Source: the human T2T-CHM13v2.0 reference genome, Homo sapiens
Assembly: GCF_009914755.1 (NCBI RefSeq)
Contig: NC_060938.1
Reading direction: 5' to 3' (one strand)
DNA length: 64,000 nt
The position numbers and the translations under genes were made by a program. Position 1 is the stretch's first letter. The number at the start of each line of letters is the position of its first letter. The notes beneath the pieces were generated by a model. It was not told where the DNA came from. It worked only from the letters and a program-made list of their open reading frames with translations, and did no database searches. This document shows, piece after piece, positions 51,464-64,000 of the stretch.

Positions 51464-53314
51464 CTACAAAAAGTTTAAAAATCAGCCGAACGTGGTGGTG
51501 TGCACCTGCAATCTCAGCTACTTGGGGGAGCTGAAGAGGGAGGATTGCTTAAGCCTGGGAGGTCGAGGCTATGCGATCAATCAGGTGAACCATGATCACT
51601 CCAGTCCAGGCAACAGAGCAAGACCTTGTCTCAAAAAAAATCTAAAATAGTTTAAAAACTTAGTTTCTTTTTTAGAATTTATAACTGTACTCATAAAATA
51701 TCTGATGAGAATTTTCGCTGACCAAAGAAATGCTGTAATTTTGTTCTAACAGTTTTACTGAGTTGACTGTTATTCTTAGGCTGCAACATTCATTCATCAT
51801 TTCAACTCAGCTATAAAGAAATATATAACAAGAAAATTGGCAAGCTCTATGAAGAAAAATAAACCAGAATTTAAGGTATGTAACGTGATGATAATAGATG
51901 AGATGGGGTCAAGATCTTTTAGATAAGATGGCTAGGACAGACCCTAGAGATGTAACATTTGGGGAGACAACCTAATTTAAAAAGTGAGCAATGCAAATCT
52001 CTGGAGAAGTAGCTGTGATCCTAGCAATTTGATGTCAACCTTAAGAAAAAGAAAAAAATAATAATAAAGGCCACTGGCCGGGTGCGGTGGCTCACGCCTG
52101 TGATCCCAACACTTTGGGAGGCCAAGGCAGGACTGCCTCAGCCTAGGAGTTTGAGACCAGCCTGGGCAACATGGTGAAACCCTATCCCTATCAAAAGTAC
52201 AAAAAATTAGCCAGGCATGGTGACGTGCATGCCTGTGGTCCCAGCAACTTGGGAGGCTAAGGTGGGAGGATTGCTTGAGTCTGGGGGCACCTATACTCCA
52301 GCAGCCTGGGTGACAATGTGAGACCCTGTCTCAAAAAAAAAACAAAAAACAAAAAACGATGTTTGCCTGTAGTAAGGACTTTACACAAACTCTTATTAGT
52401 CAAAGTTTGAAATACCAACTCTCCATCCCTGGTGATGTCCTAAAATGTTCTTCCCTTCATCACTTTCTTGGGTTGCCTTCTCCTTGAATCCCACTGCAAC
52501 CCAAGCTTAGTAGAATGTTTAATAATTAAACATCAGTGTTAGGCACTCTTCTAGGTGCTAGAGGGACAGTGATAACTAGAACTTGATTCTGCCCTCAAAG
52601 CATTAGTGGATTTAAGCAGAACATTTGTCCCTTTCCATTTTCAAATATTAATTTTGCATATACCAGATCAAGTCTTTAGTATAATCACTTCCAGATCTTT
52701 AACTCCAAACTTCATCTCTTTATTCTCTTTCTGAAGCTCTTGTATTCTTAAATGCTTGCTACATGTGCTGCCAGAACTTAAAATTCAGATTATCCAAAAT
52801 TTACTTCATTAGTTTCTCTCTTCAACCCATGCTCCCAATTTCCATGAATGATAGCAAAGTCTGACAATCAGTGGTTCTTCCTTTCTCCCTCAGGAACAGT
52901 TTACTTTCTTGACTTAGCGTTCAGGATCTTCCACAGTCCACAATGTCTGTTACTCATGTCTGGTCACTGAACATTTTCATATGCTGACTATGAGGACAGA
53001 CAAGCATGAAAAGTACTGGAAGCAAGGGAAGAAGAGAAAGTTTAGTATTGCTGATCATAATGTGTGATGTTGGATGGGAAAGGAGACGACATTGAAGCAA
53101 GCAGCAGGGCAGGTCTTAGAGTTGTCTATCTTGTATACCCAACTAAAACGTCAAACTTTATTTTTTTTATTTCTTCTCACAGAACCAATTCGGTAAGAAA
53201 GGAGTTAGAACATTCAGTGTGTTACAGGGAATGACTAAAGCAGTATCTTATTTTTACCTACAGCAGCTACGTTAAACTATTTGAATAAATAAATGAATTG
53301 GAAGGGGTCGGTAG

Positions 53315-53689
<375 letters not shown>

Positions 53690-53738
53690 TAAATAGGGAG
53701 AGGTAAGGCTGAAGGTTGGGAGACCATAGAGGCCATTA

Positions 53739-54175
<437 letters not shown>

Positions 54176-54647
54176 AAATGTATTGTCCTTTTTTTTTTTT
54201 TTTGTGAGACACAGTCTTGCACTGTTGTCCAGGATGCAGTGTAGTGGCACAAACACAGCTCATTGCAGTCTCAATCCTCCCACCCCAGCCTCCTGAGTAC
54301 CTGGGACTACAGGTGATGCCACCATGCCCCAGCTAATTTTTTAATATTTTTTTTGTAGACACAAGGTCTCACTATGTTGCCAGACCTGGTCTTAAAAAAT
54401 CCTCTGGCCTTAGCCTCCCAAGTGCTGGGATTATAGGTGGGAACCACTGGGCCCAGCCTGTACTGTCTATTTCAAAATAGATAGGAGAGGACTGTTGCAT
54501 GTTCTCACCACAAAGTGATCAACATGTGAGATGACGGAGACACTAATTAACTTGATTTGATCATTACACGAAGTATACGTATATCAAAACATCACACTAT
54601 ATCCCAGAAATATGTACATTATGTGTCAACTAAAAATCAAACTAAAA
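54176..54647 (+). mobile_element. L1MA-type 3' end (about 200 nt) fused to U6 and interrupted by an antisense Alu (54188-54458)
   Basis: tgtactgtctatttcaaaat...atgttctcaccac...tatatcaaaacatcacac... aligns by eye with the L1MA 3' end at 43964-44490 in this window. The Alu is flanked by TSD tgtaYtgtc. Confidence 0.8.
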
Positions 54648-55273
54648 GAGATAATGGAGTTCCCAACAGTAGGAATGGAGAAAAAAGGCGAATTTGAGAA
54701 ATATTTTTCTTTTCTTTCTTTTTGCTTCTATTCACTGTGAATACTGTATTATAGTTTGACTATTTATTTATTTATTTGCACAGAGTCTTAACTCTGTGGC
54801 CCAGGCTGGAGTGCAGTGGTGCAACTGCCACTCACTGCAGGCTCAATCTCCCAGGCTCAAGCAATCGTGCCACCTCAGCCTTCCAAGTAGCTGAAAATAC
54901 AGGTGCACACAACCACGCCTGGCCAATTAAAAAAAAAAATTTTTTTTTAATTTTTAGTAGAGATGAGGTCTTGCTATGTTGCTCAGGCTGTTCCTGAACT
55001 CCTGAGCTCAAGTGATTCTCTTGCCTCAACCTCCCAGTCTCTTGTACCTGGGATTACAAATGTGAGCCACCACACCTGGCCAGAGAAATATTCAGCAAGT
55101 TAACATTAGTGAAGCTTGGCACTGACTCGATTTGGAAGCACGGGGGAGGAACAGGTGCAGAAGGAATCCAGGCTGATTCTTGCATTGGATGACCAAGCGG
55201 AGTTGAGTCAGAAAGTAAATCCAGGCCAGGTGCGGTGGTTCACGCCTGTAATCCCAGCACTTTGGGAGGCCTA

Positions 55274-55607
<334 letters not shown>

Positions 55608-55708
55608 TCATATAAGCCTGAGGGACTTCTGGGGATGGCCAAGGACAAACATTTGTATACATCAGTCTACAACTCAGAGGGAAAGTACGGGATTCTGTTA
55701 TCAGACTA

Positions 55709-56196
<488 letters not shown>

Positions 56197-57378
56197 CTAA
56201 TATTAACTGATCATTACCATTCTCGGTTACCATGTCAGCCTCTGCACATGAATTGCTTCAATGAACCCTCCCAATAATCCTAAAAGATAGTCCTTTTATT
56301 ACAGTGTTTTAGATGAGGAAGCTGAGACAGGTATTGCATGATAGCTGAGAATGGGTATAGAGTCAGACTGCCAGAGCACAAATCCTGGCTTTACTAACTA
56401 TATGTTTCAGTTTCCTGTAGTTTAAACAGGAGATAGCAATATCAATGCCATAGGGTTTCATAAATTAATTACCATGTTAAATGGTGCCTGGCACAAAAGC
56501 AGCACTCATATACCACTAGGTGGGAGTATAGAGAATGTTAAAGAAATGCAATATGTAATGTCAAATGATAACCTGCAGAATAAACTAGTATTTGACAGGA
56601 TTTCCACCCCTTTTATGTATAAATATGTGTGTAAGTATATATATATATTTATGTATGTATATAGACTAGATGCTTCTAAGGTGAATTCACAATACAAATG
56701 TTCCCCTAAAAATGCTACCCTAATTCATCAAGCAGAAAGACACTTTAACATATTAATGATTTTTAAAATTTCCACTGTTAATTGGTAGATGAAATAAGAT
56801 TAAGCCAGAATGAGGCTTTTCCTGACACTGGATAGTTTATAATCATGTAAACATATCTCTCAGACAATAAAGCAATATTTTATAAATATTTATTGACAGC
56901 TACAGACTTTGTTTTGCATTTTGAGGTTGATTCACTATTTAATTTTCCAAATTAGGAGACCATTCAAAAGGACTACGTTGAAATAGAAATCAAAACACAT
57001 CCCTAAATGTAAATATTTATAGCTTGTATAATATTCATGTAAAGATATAGCAGAACTAGTTCTTTTAACCACTTTGGTGTTATAATGAGGGAAGATCAGA
57101 ATCTACTAAGTTCTAAACTCATTTCCTCTCTACTGAACACAGTAAAAGACCCTGATATCAGAGAAATAACAAACAAAAGGCATAATTATTGAACTATCCA
57201 GAAAAAAACGGATATTAAGAGGATAAAAAGTTCACATGTGCTTTGTAGATCAGATGTGAAGGATAAAAAGAACTGAAAATCATGTACGGTCAGTTGCAAC
57301 TTCACTAAACATAAGAATTAGACTTAAGCTATCAAACCGTTTTAAAAGTTTCCTTCCTGGCCCTTGGCATTGATTACT

Positions 57379-57393
57379 ACTGCCATCTAGCAG
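57379..57393 (-). promoter_or_regulatory. Candidate CTCF motif
   Basis: Minus strand ctgctagatggcagt versus consensus CCACYAGRKGGCRSY (13/15), in non-repeat-looking DNA. Confidence 0.4.
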
Positions 57394-58420
57394 GAGGTCC
57401 AAAAATTAAAATTACGAGAACTGTAAAAAATCATCAGGACATAATTCCAATCTCCAAATAGAAAGATGTTTACCATATTAATAATTACTTAAATTTCAGG
57501 CCGGGCACAGTGGCTCACACCTATAAACCCAACACTTTGGGAGGCCGAGGCAGGTGTATCACTTCAGTCCAGGAGTTCGAGACCAGCTTGGCCAACATGG
57601 CGAAACCCTGTCTCTACTAAAAACACAAAAACTGGCCAGGTGTGGTGGCTCACACTTGTAATCCCAGCACTTTGGGAGCCCAAGGCGGGTGGATCACCTG
57701 ATGTCAGGAGCTCGTTACCAGCCTGACCAACATGGTGAAACCCCTTCTCTACTAAAAATACAAAAATTAGCTGGGCCTGGTGGTGGGTGCCTGTAATCCC
57801 AGCTACTCTGAGGGATGAGACAGGGAGAACTACTTGAACCAGGAGGCAGAGGTTGCAGAGAGCCAAGATCGTGCCACTGCACTCCAGCCTGGGCGACAGA
57901 GCGAGACTCCCTCTCAAAAAAAAAAAAAGAGAAGTGAAGGGAGAAATATTCAGGGAAATAGATAGCTTAAAGAAAAAACAAGGCTGAGCACAGTGGCTCA
58001 CGCCTGTAATCCCAACACTTTCGGAGGCTGAGGCAGGCAGATCACCTAAGATCAGGAGTTTGAGACCAGCCTGGTCAATATGGTGAAACCCCATCTCTAC
58101 TAAAAATACAAAATTAGCCAGGCATGGTGGCACATGCCTATAATCCCAGCTACTTGGGAAGGCTGAGGCAGGAGAATCGCTTGAACCCAGGAGGCGGAGG
58201 TTGCGGTGAGCCAAGATCGCACCATTGCACTGCAGTCTGGGCAACAAAAGCGAAACTACATCTCAAAAAAAAAAAAAAAAAATTAGCTGGGCATGGTGGT
58301 GCGTGCCTGTAGTCCCAGCTACTTCGAAGGCTGAGGCAGGAGAATCGCTTGAACCTAGAGGCAGAGGTTGCAGTGAGCTGAGATTGTGCCACTACACTCT
58401 GTCTCCAAAAAAAAAAAAAA

Positions 58421-61466
<3,046 letters not shown>

Positions 61467-62227
61467 TAGCTGGGACTACAGGCACGCACCATCATCCCCG
61501 GCTAATTTTTGTATTTTTAGTAGAGACAGGGTTTTGCCATGTTAGCCAGGCTGGTCTCAAACTCCTGACCTCAGGTAATCCACCCGCCTCGGCCTCCCAA
61601 AGTGCTGGGATTACAGGCATGAGCCACCGTTCTTGGCCAAAAAGTAAGTTTTAAAAAAAAGTCACTGCCCCCCCAAAAAAGAAAATTACAAGAAGCTACA
61701 TTAGCTGGGCACTGGGTTGCATGCCCATAGTCCCAGCTAGGAGGCTTACGTGGGAACATCAGTTGAGCCCAAGAGTTTGAGTCCACCATAGGCAACATAG
61801 TGAGAACCCTATCTCTAAAAATAAATTTAAAAGTAAAACAATAATGAAACTACAGAATAAACAGTCTTTTCTCTAGAACAGCAATGCTTAAATATAATTC
61901 AAAACAGCATCAACCATGAACATATAAAACTGAATGCAAAAGTCACATAAAATTTTAAATTATAAGATTAGAATTCAAAGAAATTTTACTCTTCTAAAGC
62001 ATTAATTCAGGCTTTGTTTCCAAATATCACAGGAATATTCATTTACCTTTGCTATTAAAGATATTCCAGTGGAAAAATTGGCGAAGCTCCAACCTGTGGT
62101 GACTTAGGTTATTTTCACAGTAATAAGAAAGTCTAACTCAGCAACCATTTACTGTGAATTTGTTTTTCTCTTATAGTCCCTGTGAGACTTTATGGGATAG
62201 GATGTTTTACTCTTCTTTATACCTTCC

Positions 62228-62941
62228 TGTGGTAGGCTGAACACTGGCCCTCAAAGATACAAAGGTCTTAATTCCTGGAATCTATGACTGTTTCATTATA
62301 TGACAAAAGGGACTTTACAAAGTATGTTGAGATGGAGAGAGTATCCTTGTTTATCTGGGGGGGTCCTTAATATAATCACAAATGTCCTCATAAGAGAGGC
62401 AGAGGGAGATGTGACTACAGATGAGAAAGTGGTATGATGATAGCATGATGTCCTGTGCAGAAAAGAGCCACAAGCCAAGGAAGACAGGCAGCCACTACAA
62501 GCTGAAAAAGGTAAGGAAATGGATTTTCTTCTCACAGCCTCCAGAAGGAATTGGGCCTGCAACACTTTGACTTTAGTCCAGTGAAACTGATTTCATACTT
62601 CTGACCTCCAGAACTAAAAGACAATAAATGAGGCTGAGCATGGTGGCTCATGCCAGTAATGCCAGAACTTTGGGAGGCCAAGGTGGGAGGACTGCTTGAG
62701 CCCAGGAGTTTGAGACCCACCTGGGCAACATAGCGAGACCTCATCTCTACCAAAAAAAAAAAAAAAAAAAAGGAAGAGGTGACTCTCTTGAGTACATCTG
62801 CACTCCCCTTTCTTAAGTGTGTACTTTTCACCAAAGGAAAAAAAAAAAAGAAAGAAACAAAGGCAGAAAGAATAAATGTGTGTTATTCGAAGTCACTAAA
62901 TCTGTTGTAATTTGTTACAGTAGCTATATGAACAAAATACA
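62228..62941 (+). mobile_element. MLT1-type LTR interrupted by an Alu monomer
   Basis: tgtggtaggctgaacactggccctcaaagat...ttctgacctccagaact...gtaatttgttacagtagc...aaataca. Confidence 0.85.
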
Positions 62942-64000
62942 CCCTTTTGACAGTTTGGCGATAATCTGTACATAATCTGCCCTAAAATATTGAACAGAAT
63001 TAACATAAAGACCATTCCAGTTCAGATTTATCAAAATTCTCTTGTATTTTCTACCAAGTAAATGAAAATATCTTAAACACATGGAAATCACTGAAAATGT
63101 AGTTCTTTAAAGCACATAGGGAAAAAGTAAAAAAGCAGTAGCATCTTCAGTCGTATTTGCAGCTCATAGTGTCAGTTGCAGAAAAAGTAGTCATGACTTT
63201 AGTACAAAAGTACAACTCAAAAACTTCACGGGTTTGGCACAGTGGCTCGTGTGTAATCCCTGCCACTTGGGAGGCTGAGGCAGGAGGATCACTTGAGCTC
63301 AGAAGTTCGAGGCTGCAGTGAGCTAAGACTGTGCCACCGCACTCCCGTCTGGAAAAACACCCTGTATTTACAAAGTGAGAGAAAAGAACCCAAAAAGTAG
63401 TTACATGGGCTTGATCTTACTTTTGCTTTACAATAGCTACAACAATCTAAGGTAAGAATACAAACCAGGTAAGTAACATAGCTGCATTCACAGGAAAGTA
63501 TTCCTGAATACTGAACAAGGAGATAAGCAGTCCATAGACGTTTCAGAGGATTTCTCACTTAAATGGTACTTGACTGCAAGTTACCACTGTTTTACTCGGC
63601 CATAGGTTGCAGTGCAGTCCAGGCTCCACAAGAAAGAATTTGAAAAGCAGAAACAGTCACGTGGCTTTCATCGGTAACATATTTTGTATCTATTAAATTA
63701 TTTAATCCTCAGAACTCTAAGTAGTCAAGTTTGGTATTTATTTCAATTATACAGGTGAAAAAGCTGATGCTGACTTGTCCAGTCAAAGGTCAGTAACTGG
63801 TGCCTACTGCGATGTCTTTCCTCTAGATCATTTTACCTTGGTAACAATCGATTAATTCACTTCTAGGTGTGTTTTATTGACTTTTTTTTTTCTCTTTTTT
63901 GAGACGTTGTCTCACTCTGTCGCCCAGGCTGGAGTACAGTAGCACGATCTTGGCTCACTGCAACCTCTGCCTCCCGGGTTCAAGCGATTCTCCTGCCTCA

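Overview
Human/primate genomic DNA, about 64 kb, very rich in Alus (roughly 90 copies or fragments by eye). It is recognisable as the WDR89 locus (human 14q23.2, from recall). The only credible protein-coding sequence is WDR89 on the minus strand: the whole 387-aa CDS sits in one terminal exon (22169-23332, splice acceptor at 23363/23364). A 106-nt upstream 5'UTR exon with consensus splice sites lies at 48320-48425, and the first exon and promoter are probably just beyond the right edge. Around the gene are five retrocopies: a full-length processed GCAT pseudogene, a processed HSPE1 pseudogene, two U6 copies and one Y1 RNA copy. There are also THE1, MST and MLT1 LTRs, Tigger3 DNA transposons, and L1PB, L1M, L2 and MIR fragments. 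Nearly all other ORFs in the track are Alu or L1 artefacts. I see no convincing wholly new biological system. The best leads are: (i) a WDR89 mRNA apparently assembled from transposons, with an antisense-L1-derived 5'UTR exon carrying a uORF and a sense THE1 LTR poly(A) signal; (ii) an old U6-L1 chimeric retrogene hidden by a later Alu; (iii) a triplicated 23-mer that creates three perfect GTAAGTATG donor motifs just upstream of the L1 exon; and (iv) several non-canonical retrotransposition or template-switch scars. Repeat subfamily names are from recall of consensus sequences and need RepeatMasker confirmation.
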